The notes under the pieces are model-generated. The model was given only the letters and a program-made list of their open reading frames with translations. It did not search any database and was not told where the DNA came from. DNA of 44,003 nucleotides, taken from an uncultured Opitutia bacterium (GTDB taxonomy: Bacteria; Verrucomicrobiota; Verrucomicrobiia; Opitutales; UBA953). Positions within the stretch are counted from its first letter, which is position 1. Every line of letters begins with the position of its first letter. Below are positions 34,958 to 42,915 of the stretch, one piece after another. The stretch spans positions 1 to 44,003 of the forward strand of contig CAIRWP010000131.1 of assembly GCA_903882335.1 (NCBI GenBank). Reading direction: 5' to 3'. A program made the position numbers and the translations under genes.

Positions 34958-35599
34958 TTAGCCCTTCGTCCCGTCCCAGCGGCAGTCGGCCATCACCCGC
35001 AGGCAGATCTCGCGCAGGTCGAACAAGGTGGCCTCGAGATCCTGCGTCGCCTCGGCCGAGTTGAGCCGGGCCGCGGAGGGGAGGCCGGCCTGCAATCCGA
35101 TGGCGTGGTTGATGGAGGTCAGGGCGCGCTTCATGTGGACGAGCGCGAGCGGCAGGTCGCCGGTGTCGGTGGCGTTGATGGCCATGACCACCTGATGTTG
35201 GGCGTCCCAGAAAGCGAGCATGAGGTCGGCCCCGAGTTCGCCGCCGATCTCGGCCGGGTTCGCCCGGCAGATCGTACGCCAGGCGCCGATGAGCTGGATG
35301 CCCAGTGCCCGGGCCACGACGTAGACGGGATGCTGGTGGATGCAGTAGGGGAGGTCGGCGTCGTCCTCGTCCTCCGCGGTGTCGTCGCCTTCGCCCGGGG
35401 CCCAGTCGGCGCTTTCCCAGCCCATGCGCCGGGCGCTGGCGTCGAGCCGGTCGGGGAAGGGCTTGACCTCGTTGTAGTAGGAAAGGAAGCGGCCGACCTC
35501 GAGGTCGTTGCGGTGCAGGTAGCCCGCCCAGTCCGCTTCACCCCAGGAGGCGTTGCCGGAGCCGTCGAATTCACCTTGGGGATGGTCGCCGTCCTGCAT
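34958..35599 (-). CDS. Hypothetical cytoplasmic protein, acidic N-terminal half
   Basis: 213 aa with ATG start. No signal peptide or TM segment. It has an acidic stretch GEGDDTAEDEDDADL and a helical C-terminal half. No family motif recognised. Confidence 0.5.
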   Translation of the reverse strand: MQDGDHPQGEFDGSGNASWGEADWAGYLHRNDLEVGRFLSYYNEVKPFPDRLDASARRMGWESADWAPGEGDDTAEDEDDADLPYCIHQHPVYVVARALGIQLIGAWRTICRANPAEIGGELGADLMLAFWDAQHQVVMAINATDTGDLPLALVHMKRALTSINHAIGLQAGLPSAARLNSAEATQDLEATLFDLREICLRVMADCRWDGTKG

Positions 35600-35688
35600 C
35601 CTTCCAGTATTGGCCGAAAACGACGGCTGGCAACCCCTTGTGCGAAAATCCCCTTGTCCCGGGGGCGGGGAAAGTGGCTAATCGGGGC

Positions 35689-36735
35689 ATGGCCACGGAT
35701 TTACCCACCTTGACGGGCGCTTTGGAGGCGGGCCGCGACCTTTCGGCCCCGGAGGCGGGGGCCGCGGCCCATGCGATGATCGACGCCGGGGTGACGGATG
35801 AGGCCAAGGCAGCTTTCCTCCTGGCGCTCGCCCGGCGCGGCGAAACCGCCGTGGAGGTCGCGGCCTTCGCGCATGCCTACCGCGAACGGGCGCGCGTCGT
35901 CGACTTCGGCGACGTCCCCGCCCGGGCCATCGACATCGTCGGCACCGGTGGCGACCGCTCCGGCAGCTTCAACATCTCCTCCGCCAGCTCGTTGATCGTC
36001 GCCGCCGCCGGCGTGCCGGTGCTCAAGCATGGCAACCGCTCCATCACGTCCAAGTCCGGCAGCGCCGATTTCCTCGCCGGTCTCGGCGTCGCCTTGGAGG
36101 CCACCGACGACCAGTTGCGCCGCGCCTTGCGCGAGGCCGGTTTCTGCTACCTCTACGCGCCTGCTTTCCATCCGGCCTTCAAGGCGGTGCTGGGCGTCCG
36201 CAAGCGCCTCGCGGAGCAAGGCCACAAGACGCTTTTCAACGTGCTCGGGCCGCTCATCAATCCGGCGCGGCCCGCGGCGATGATGGTCGGCGTGTACGCT
36301 GAGCGCTGGGTGGCGCCGATGGCCGCCGCGCTCGGCGAGCTCGGCGTGCGCCGAGGTCTGGTGGTGCATGGCCGCGCGGGCGGCGGGATGGATGAGCTCA
36401 CGACGGCCGGCGAGACGCGGGTCCGTGGGTGCGGCGAACTCGCCGCCGTCGACGGCGTCTGGTTGCCTGGAGACTTCGGTTTCAAGACCTGCCCGGTCGC
36501 CGACCTGCGCGGCGGCTCCCCGGAGGAGAACCTCGCGCTTTTCTCCGACCTCTTGGTCGGCGCGGTGCCCGAAGGTCTGCTCGACACGCTTTGCCTCAGC
36601 GCCGGCGCGGCCCTTTGGGTGGCGGGCCGGGCGACGGACCTAGGGGCGGGCGCCGTCCGGGCGCGGCAGATCGTCCTCGGCGGCGAGTTGCGCGAGCAGG
36701 CCCGGCGCTTGCGCGAGGCTTATCGCGAGGGCTGA
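35689..36735 (+). CDS. trpD: Anthranilate phosphoribosyltransferase
   Basis: The ATG at 35689 gives MATDLPTLTGALEAG... Motifs DIVGTGGDRSGSFNIS, KHGNRSITSKSGSAD and NVLGPLINP are present. Confidence 0.9.
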   Translation: MATDLPTLTGALEAGRDLSAPEAGAAAHAMIDAGVTDEAKAAFLLALARRGETAVEVAAFAHAYRERARVVDFGDVPARAIDIVGTGGDRSGSFNISSASSLIVAAAGVPVLKHGNRSITSKSGSADFLAGLGVALEATDDQLRRALREAGFCYLYAPAFHPAFKAVLGVRKRLAEQGHKTLFNVLGPLINPARPAAMMVGVYAERWVAPMAAALGELGVRRGLVVHGRAGGGMDELTTAGETRVRGCGELAAVDGVWLPGDFGFKTCPVADLRGGSPEENLALFSDLLVGAVPEGLLDTLCLSAGAALWVAGRATDLGAGAVRARQIVLGGELREQARRLREAYREG

Positions 36736-38012
36736 AGCGCCGCGAGGATCAGCGTGACGGTTCGCTCGGTCGCGCCGCGGTTGGCATGATGCCAGTCGGC
36801 TCCGTGGCGACCGGCCGCGAGCCGACGGCCTTCGTCGGCGCAGAGCTCGGCAATCCTCGCTTCGAGCATCGCCGCGTCCTCGACGCGGAAGGCGGCCCCC
36901 GCCTTTTCAAGGCCCCGGCAGATGTCGCGGAAGTTCGTCATGCGTGGACCATACACGATGGCCACGCCTGCGGCCGCGCATTCGACGGGGGTCTGGCCGC
37001 CTTCGTGCGGCGGGAGGCTCTTGCCGCAGAACGCGAAGTCGGCCGCGCGGGTGAGCCGGCGCAGCTCGCCGGTGGTGTCGGCGAGGTGAATGATCGTCCC
37101 GGCGGGGGCGACCGCGCCGCCGGAGGAACGCTGATGCCAGGCGAGACCGCTGGCGCTGGCCTCGGCGGCGACGTCGGCGCGGCGCTCGGAGTGGCGGGGG
37201 ACGAGCAGCAGGCGGACGTCGGCGCCGGCGTCGCGCAGCTGGCGCACGCTGCGGATCAGCCGGGTCTCCTCGCCGGGCCAGGTGGAGGAGCCGAGCAGGA
37301 CCAAGGTCCGCGGGTCGGCGCCGAAGCCGAGGTCGGCGCGGAGCTGCGCGCGCTCCGCGGCGGGCATGGGCGCGTCGGCGGCGACGTCGAACTTGAGGTT
37401 GCCCGTCGTCTCGGCGGCGAAACCGAGCTCGCGGAAACGGCGGGCGTCCTCCTCGCTGCCGGCGGCGATCCACCGGAAGTGCGCGAGCACGTAGGCGGAG
37501 AGGCGGCGGAACTTCGCATGCCGGCGGAAGGAGCGGTCGGAGAGGCGGGCGTTGATGAGGAAGGCCGGCACACCGCGGGACCGGGCTTGGGCGAGGTGCT
37601 CGGGCCAGAGCTCGCCTTCGACGAGCAGAACGGCGTCCGGTCGGATCCGTCGCCACGCCAGGGCGCTGCAGGGCCAGAGGTCGGCGGGGAAGAGGCCGAT
37701 CCGGGCGACGTCGGCGTAGCGCTCGCGGGCCAGCCGGTAGCCGGTGCTCGTGGTCGTGGTCAGGACGAGCTCGATCTTGCCGCTGGCCTGCAACTGGCGG
37801 AGCAGGGGACCGATGGCTTCGATTTCCCCGACCGAGACGGCTTGAATCCAGACCCGGCTGCGGCCCGGGGTCTTGGGGGTCATTTCCGGGAAAAAGCCCA
37901 GCCTTTGGGCGAAGCCGGCGCCATAGCCACCCCGCCGCAGCATCCGCCACATATAGTAAGGCAGGGCCAGCAGCAGCAGGAGAGGGAAGAGAATCCGGTA
38001 GGCCCAGGACAT
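36720..38012 (-). CDS. waaA: 3-deoxy-D-manno-octulosonic acid (Kdo) transferase
   Basis: The ATG at 38012 gives MSWAYRILFPLLLLLALPYYMWRMLRRGGY... The motif VWIQAVSVGE and a GT30-like C-terminal half are present. The ORF-track start at 38162 adds an unlikely 50-aa extension. Confidence 0.85.
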   Translation of the reverse strand: MSWAYRILFPLLLLLALPYYMWRMLRRGGYGAGFAQRLGFFPEMTPKTPGRSRVWIQAVSVGEIEAIGPLLRQLQASGKIELVLTTTTSTGYRLARERYADVARIGLFPADLWPCSALAWRRIRPDAVLLVEGELWPEHLAQARSRGVPAFLINARLSDRSFRRHAKFRRLSAYVLAHFRWIAAGSEEDARRFRELGFAAETTGNLKFDVAADAPMPAAERAQLRADLGFGADPRTLVLLGSSTWPGEETRLIRSVRQLRDAGADVRLLLVPRHSERRADVAAEASASGLAWHQRSSGGAVAPAGTIIHLADTTGELRRLTRAADFAFCGKSLPPHEGGQTPVECAAAGVAIVYGPRMTNFRDICRGLEKAGAAFRVEDAAMLEARIAELCADEGRRLAAGRHGADWHHANRGATERTVTLILAALQPSR

Positions 38013-38236
38013 CGTCAGCCCGACCCTGCCGAGGGCACGCGAGGCTGTCAGTTCCAAAGGAGCCTCTTTTTGCCGATTTTCCCGCTTGCACGGGAGGCCC
38101 GGGGGTGTTTGAACCAACTTTCCACCGTTTGGAGCGACCGCCGATCGCTTCGGACATCCCAACCAAAACCCAGTCAGCTACCTAAGATCCAAAGTCCCCT
38201 CCTTCGGCAGGAATCGGGATACGGAGCCCAAAAAAC

Positions 38237-39091
38237 ATGAACATCACCGTTAAAGACCTCCTCGACGCCGGCGTCCACTTCGGCCACCAGACGCGTCGCT
38301 GGAATCCCCGCAGCCGTCCGTACATCTTCGACCACCGCAACGGCGTGTCGATCATCGACCTCGAGAAGACGCACGCGTGCCTCGCCGCCGCCGCCGCCTA
38401 CGTCGAGGAAGCCGCCGCGAAGGGCAAGGAAGTGCTCTTCGTCGCCACCAAGCCGCAGTCCCAGGAAGTCGTGCGCCAAGCCGCCAAGTCGACCGGCATG
38501 CCCTTCGCCGTGAACCGCTGGCTCGGCGGCACGCTCACCAACTTCGCCACCATCAAGCGCTCGCTCGACAAGTACCGGAACTACCTCCGCATGGAGCAGG
38601 ACGGTTCGCTCCTGAAGATGCACAAGAAGGAAGGCGCCGCCGTCCGTCGCGAGATGTCCCGCATGCAGCGTAACTTCGAGGGTCTCCTCGAGTACCGCGA
38701 GCTGCCGGCCGCGATGATCGTCATCGACACCAAGCTCGAGGAGATCGCCGTCAACGAGGCCAACCGCCTCAAGATCCCGGTGATCGGCCTCTGCGACTCC
38801 AACTCCGACCCGACCCTCCTGCAGTTCCCGATCCCGGGCAACGACGACGCCGCCAAGTCCATCCGCCTCGTGGTGGAAGTGCTGACGCAGGCCGTCCAGG
38901 CTGGTCTCGCCCGCCGCAAGGTCGAGCGCGACCCGCGTAAGACCGTCACCCCGGTCGCTCGCCAGGACTCCGGCGAATCCGCCCAGCCTGAGGTCAATAT
39001 CTCCAAGGAGCTGCTCGATGCGAGCAGCGAACCGGTCGCCGAGGAGGGCGCCGCCGGAAAGCTCGTCCGCGTTCGCAAGACCATCAAGTAA
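38237..39091 (+). CDS. rpsB: 30S ribosomal protein S2
   Basis: 284 aa. MNITVKDLLDAGVHFGHQTRRWNPRSRPYIF... matches S2, with an acidic/polar C-terminal extension. Confidence 0.95.
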   Translation: MNITVKDLLDAGVHFGHQTRRWNPRSRPYIFDHRNGVSIIDLEKTHACLAAAAAYVEEAAAKGKEVLFVATKPQSQEVVRQAAKSTGMPFAVNRWLGGTLTNFATIKRSLDKYRNYLRMEQDGSLLKMHKKEGAAVRREMSRMQRNFEGLLEYRELPAAMIVIDTKLEEIAVNEANRLKIPVIGLCDSNSDPTLLQFPIPGNDDAAKSIRLVVEVLTQAVQAGLARRKVERDPRKTVTPVARQDSGESAQPEVNISKELLDASSEPVAEEGAAGKLVRVRKTIK

Positions 39092-39096
39092 GCGTC

Positions 39097-40137
39097 ATGT
39101 CCGCCATCACCGCCCAGACGGTCAACGAACTGCGTCAGCGCACGGGCGCTGGCCTCATGGATTGTAAGAAGGCCCTGACCGAAGCCAATGCCGACATGGA
39201 GAAGGCCGTTGAGATTCTCCGCATCAAGGGGGTCGCGACGCGCAACAAGAAGGCCGACCGCAAGGCTTCCGAAGGCATCCTTGCCGTCCAGGTTTCCGCC
39301 GATGGTCGCCATGCGATCCTGCTGGAGCTCAACTGCGAGACCGACTTCGTCGCCAAGAACGAGGCCTTCGTGGCACTCGCCAAGGATCTTGTCGGTCAAG
39401 CCGCGGCCAAGGGCGTCGAGAACCTTCTCGACCAGCCTTACCATGCCGACGCCTCCCGCAAGGTGAATGACTACCTGAACGACCAGGTCACGAAGATCGG
39501 CGAGAACCTCAAGGTCTCCCGCGTCCTCAAGTTCGAGGCCAACGGCGTCGGCCGCGTCTCGGCCTACGTCCACACCGGCGCCAAGATCGCCGTCCTCCTC
39601 GAACTGGGCCTCAAGTCCCAGGCCGCCGCTGCGCATCCCGATGTCGCCGACCTCGCCCGCCAGCTGGCGATGCAGGTCGTCGCGAACAACGCCCGCTTCG
39701 TCCGCCGCGAGGACGTCTCCGCCGAGGTCGTCGCCAAGGAGAAGGAGATCGCCCTCGAATTCACGAAGTCCGAGGCCGACAAAGCCATCGACGAAGCCAA
39801 GCGCGTCGTCGAGGACTACCGCGGCCAGCTCATCGAGCAGAAGGCCGCCAACGACGCCGAGGCCATCGCCGAGCTCGAGAAGCGCATCGTCGTCTCCGAG
39901 AAGCAGGTGATCGCGTCCGAGTCCCGCAAGAAGGGCCAGCTCTCCAACATCGAGAAGATCGTCGCCGGCCGCGTCGACAAGTTCTTCGCGGATGCCTGCT
40001 TGCTGGAACAGCCGTTCTTCCGTGATCCCGATAAGAAGGTCTCCGACCTGCTGACTGAGGCTAAGGCCAAGGTTGGCGAGGAAGTTTCGATCGTCCGCTT
40101 CGTCCGCTTCCAGGTGGGCGAGACGGCCGCCGAGTAA
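39097..40137 (+). CDS. tsf: Elongation factor Ts (with internal helical insertion)
   Basis: 346 aa. UBA-like N-terminus VNELRQRTGAGLMDCKKALTEANADMEKAVEILR. It starts 5 bp after rpsB. Confidence 0.95.
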   Translation: MSAITAQTVNELRQRTGAGLMDCKKALTEANADMEKAVEILRIKGVATRNKKADRKASEGILAVQVSADGRHAILLELNCETDFVAKNEAFVALAKDLVGQAAAKGVENLLDQPYHADASRKVNDYLNDQVTKIGENLKVSRVLKFEANGVGRVSAYVHTGAKIAVLLELGLKSQAAAAHPDVADLARQLAMQVVANNARFVRREDVSAEVVAKEKEIALEFTKSEADKAIDEAKRVVEDYRGQLIEQKAANDAEAIAELEKRIVVSEKQVIASESRKKGQLSNIEKIVAGRVDKFFADACLLEQPFFRDPDKKVSDLLTEAKAKVGEEVSIVRFVRFQVGETAAE

Positions 40138-40157
40138 GCGCCCGAAAGCCTTGTTCC

Positions 40158-40193
40158 GGGCCGGCTTCCGCGCGGAGGTCGGCCCTTTGCTTT
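40158..40193 (+). terminator. Probable intrinsic terminator after tsf
   Basis: GGGCCGGC...GTCGGCCC forms a GC-rich hairpin with one G-U pair; the internal CTTCCG/CGGAGG can extend the stem. It is followed by TTTGCTTT, 20 nt after the tsf stop. Confidence 0.5.
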
Positions 40194-40224
40194 ACAGGGG
40201 CCGCGGACGGGGCTAGTCTCAGGC

Positions 40225-40605
40225 ATGCGCTTTCGCCCCGACCTCTTCCTGCGCTGCGCGCGTGGCCGTTGTCCGGACTGCGGCGCCCCGGAGCAACTGA
40301 CGGGGCTGGCGACGATCCGCGACCGCTGCACCGCCTGCGGGATGGTGCTGCGTCGCCGGGAAGGTTTCTTCCTGGGGGCGATGGTCTGGAACTACGGGCT
40401 CACGGCCTTTGGTCTTCTGCCGGTCCTGCTTGTGCTTCGCGCCTATGACTGGATCGGCTTCGCCGCGGCGGTCTGGCTCGCGGTCGCGGTCATCCTGCTG
40501 GTCCCTTGGCTGATCCATGGGGTCGCCTGGCGGCTCTGGCTCGGCACCTACTACGCTTTCCTGCCCGAGCAGCTGCCGTCGTCGGGACGTCGCCTCGACG
40601 ACTGA
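40225..40605 (+). CDS. DUF983-like small membrane protein (zinc-ribbon plus two TM helices)
   Basis: 126 aa. CPDCGAP...CTACG four-Cys ribbon followed by two hydrophobic helices. Confidence 0.7.
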   Translation: MRFRPDLFLRCARGRCPDCGAPEQLTGLATIRDRCTACGMVLRRREGFFLGAMVWNYGLTAFGLLPVLLVLRAYDWIGFAAAVWLAVAVILLVPWLIHGVAWRLWLGTYYAFLPEQLPSSGRRLDD

Positions 40606-40609
40606 CGGT

Positions 40610-41497
40610 TCAGTTCCGGCGCGCCGCCATGCGGCCGACCAGCTCGACGAGGAAGGCGGTGTCGCCGCGCGTGCCTTGCAGCAGGGCGCTGGCCTCGGTG
40701 GTCAGCGCCGCCACGCGGGCCTGCGCCGCCGGCACGCCGAAGAGCCCCGCGTATGTCAGCTTATTATTCTGGGCGTCGGCCCCGACGGGCTTGCCCATCT
40801 GGACGGAGTCGGAGGTCAGGTCGAGCAGGTCATCGACCAACTGGAAGGCGATGCCGGCGGAACGTCCGGCGCGGCGGAACGCTTCGACCTCGGCGCTCGC
40901 GGCGCCGCCGACGAGCGCGCCCATCGCGAACGAGGCGCTCAGCATCGCGGCGGTCTTGCCGCGCAGGATGAACTCGAGGCGATCGGGGTCGGCTCCGGCG
41001 GCGAGCCCGCCCATGTCCTCGGTCTGGCCGCCGACGAGCAGGCTCGGGCCGGCCGTCACGGCGAGCTCGAGCGTCAGGTCGCGGAGCAGGGCGGGGCGGT
41101 CACCGTAGCCGCGGGCGAGGAGCTCGAACGCGAACGGGATCAGCGCGTCGCCCGCGAGCAAGGCGGTCGCCTCGTCGAAGGCCTTGTGGCAGGAAGGTCG
41201 GCCGCGACGAAGGTCGGCGTCGTCCATGCACGGCAGGTCGTCATGGATCAAGGAGTACGTATGGATGCACTCGAGCGCGACGGCGGCGGCGCGGGCGTCG
41301 CCGGCCGGGTCGAAGGCGCGCGCCGCCGCCAGGGCGATCACGGGCCGGAGGCGTTTGCCGCCGGCCTCCAGCGAGTGGCGTATCGCCGCGTGGAGCCGGG
41401 CCGGGCGGGCGTCCGCGGGCGGGGTCAGGGCACGAAGGGCCGTCTCCACCTCGCCGATCAGGCCTACGTGGAGGGACTCGAACCGGGCGCCATCCAT
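40610..41497 (-). CDS. ispA: Farnesyl/geranylgeranyl diphosphate synthase (short-chain trans-prenyltransferase)
   Basis: 295 aa. First Asp-rich motif LIHDDLPCMDDADLRRG and second motif FQLVDDLLD. Product chain length is not assignable. Confidence 0.85.
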   Translation of the reverse strand: MDGARFESLHVGLIGEVETALRALTPPADARPARLHAAIRHSLEAGGKRLRPVIALAAARAFDPAGDARAAAVALECIHTYSLIHDDLPCMDDADLRRGRPSCHKAFDEATALLAGDALIPFAFELLARGYGDRPALLRDLTLELAVTAGPSLLVGGQTEDMGGLAAGADPDRLEFILRGKTAAMLSASFAMGALVGGAASAEVEAFRRAGRSAGIAFQLVDDLLDLTSDSVQMGKPVGADAQNNKLTYAGLFGVPAAQARVAALTTEASALLQGTRGDTAFLVELVGRMAARRN

Positions 41498-41501
41498 GGG
41501 C

Positions 41502-41801
41502 TTACTCCTCGGTTGCGCCGAGGCGGAAGAACGTCGCCGTGCGGCCGACGCTGCCGATGACCTCGCTGTCCGTCAGCTTCGCCAGTTCCTGGGCCTGGGT
41601 GTCCATGGCCTCGCGTTCGGCGGTGAAGCGGACCTTCACGAGGTCTGCGTTGCGGAAGGCGTCGTTCAGCAGTTTGGCGATCCCCTCGTTCACGCCGGCC
41701 TTGCCGACGAAGACCTTCGGGTCGAGGGTCTGGGCCAGGCTACGGAGCTTGCCGCGTTCCGCACCGGTCAGGCTGGGTTTGTCCTCGGGACCTTGTTCCA
41801 T
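41502..41801 (-). CDS. yhbY: YhbY-like CRM-domain RNA-binding protein
   Basis: 99 aa. LTGAERGKLRSLAQTLDPKVFVGKAGVNEGIAKLLNDAFRNADLVKVRF matches the YhbY/CRS1 domain. Its stop is 4 bp before the ispA start. Confidence 0.8.
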   Translation of the reverse strand: MEQGPEDKPSLTGAERGKLRSLAQTLDPKVFVGKAGVNEGIAKLLNDAFRNADLVKVRFTAEREAMDTQAQELAKLTDSEVIGSVGRTATFFRLGATEE

Positions 41802-41890
41802 AGGCCTATTTCCGTTTTGCGAGGCAGGGGAGTCAATGGACTAATGGTCCGGGACCCGGTTGCGCCGCCAAATTCAGTGGGTAGAGTGTG

Positions 41891-42283
41891 ATGGGCATGC
41901 CCGCTTCGCCCCCTGTCATCGTCCCTCGCCTCCGCCCCGAGCTTCGTCCCGAGACCGACCTCCGTCCTGCCGAGCCAGTCATCGTGCACATCCGTTGCGC
42001 GCCCAACTATGCGCCGAGCATCCGGATCTGGCAAAGTACCTTCCTGCTCGATCGCGACTCCGCGCACACCAGTGCCTTGGTCGACTGGAAGGGCATCACC
42101 AGTTATCCTGAATGGACTTGGATCCGTTGGGGCTCTCCGCACCCCTTTACCTTGATCTTCGAACCCTTACCTCGGTCGGTGCGGGTCTTCGATCTACAGG
42201 AAATCATTCCAGAGCCTCGGGGCTGGCATTTTTTGGGAATCGCCCGCAAGGCCCAGGACGTCTACCACCTGGATCTTCCGTAA
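41891..42283 (+). CDS. Hypothetical protein, atypical codon usage
   Basis: ATG at 41891, with a GTG at 41888 as the ORF-track start. About 130 aa, Trp-rich and protein-like (…IRIWQSTFLLDRDSAHTSALVDWKGITSYPEWTWIRWGSPHPFTLIFEPLP…). No motif recognised. Hand-counted GC3 is about 72%, against about 87% for the neighbouring rpsO. Confidence 0.45.
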   Translation: MGMPASPPVIVPRLRPELRPETDLRPAEPVIVHIRCAPNYAPSIRIWQSTFLLDRDSAHTSALVDWKGITSYPEWTWIRWGSPHPFTLIFEPLPRSVRVFDLQEIIPEPRGWHFLGIARKAQDVYHLDLP

Positions 42284-42536
42284 TGGCCCTTTCGTGGGTA
42301 AAAAGGGTGTCTTCGGGGCCTGTGAATAACTTGGCCGGGGAGGGGTTTCCGGCTTGCCTGAGCCCCTGCCCCCTGTCATTTCCAAGGCTCACTTCGTTAG
42401 GGAGAGGGGCGGAGCCCTTCTCACGCTGGTCGGTAGGCGAAAGCCTATTCCAGACGGAGCGCCCGGCCGTTCGGCGGGGCCTCGGGGATTTCCCCCAAGT
42501 CGGCCAAACCAAACCCAAACTAACCCAATAACAGCC

Positions 42537-42797
42537 ATGTCGATCGACAAGTCGGATATCATCAAGAAGCACCAGCAGGACGCCAAGGACACCGGTTCGC
42601 CCGAAGTCCAGGTCGCCCTGATCTCGGCCCGCGTCAACCACCTCACCGACCACCTTCGCTCCCACCGTAAGGACTTCCACTCGCGCCGCGGTCTCATCAT
42701 GCTGACCAACCGCCGTCGCAAGCTGCTCGCCTACCTCAAGTCGACTGATCTGGACCGTTACAACGCCCTGATCTCGAAGCTCAACCTGCGTAAGTGA
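42537..42797 (+). CDS. rpsO: 30S ribosomal protein S15
   Basis: The ATG at 42537 gives [53 protein letters not shown]... Confidence 0.95.
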   Translation: MSIDKSDIIKKHQQDAKDTGSPEVQVALISARVNHLTDHLRSHRKDFHSRRGLIMLTNRRRKLLAYLKSTDLDRYNALISKLNLRK

Positions 42798-42826
42798 CCG
42801 CCGCCTCCGGGCGTCTCGGTTCTCCA

Positions 42827-42861
42827 GACGTCCCGGCCTAGCGCCGGGACGTCCGCTTTTT
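42827..42861 (+). terminator. rpsO terminator/attenuator hairpin in the rpsO-pnp intergenic region
   Basis: Perfect 10-bp stem GACGTCCCGG (42827-42836) / CCGGGACGTC (42844-42853) with a 7-nt loop, followed by CGCTTTTT. Confidence 0.75.
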
Positions 42862-42915
42862 CCACCCAACCAACAACCCGCCGGGCACATCGCCTGGCAC
42901 AACACACAACATACC

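Noticed and set aside
35600-35688. trp leader peptide or attenuator upstream of trpD.
   Set aside because: There is no short ORF with tandem Trp codons and no terminator/antiterminator hairpin pair in the 89-bp interval.
36429-38240. Plus-strand 603-aa ORF, and the R/P-rich minus-strand alternative frame 36907..38166.
   Set aside because: They overlap waaA, whose frame carries recognisable Kdo-transferase sequence. These frames are Arg/Pro/Gly-rich low complexity.
42283-42531. 82-codon ORF coupled by TAATG to the upstream hypothetical gene, considered as a CDS.
   Set aside because: Hand-counted GC3 is about 68% with several rare codons (TTA, AGA, CTA, GTA), and the product is low-complexity P/G/S/R-rich. 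It is more likely part of the rpsO leader. It is kept only as an alternative within a finding.
41802-42536. Lower-GC stretch considered as a structured housekeeping RNA gene (tmRNA, RNase P RNA, SRP RNA, 6S).
   Set aside because: None of the conserved cores I remember are present: the RNase P GAGGAAAGTCC motif, a tmRNA tRNA-like 3' end with a T-arm, or the SRP domain IV GGAAG/AGCAG motifs. 6S cannot be excluded by eye.
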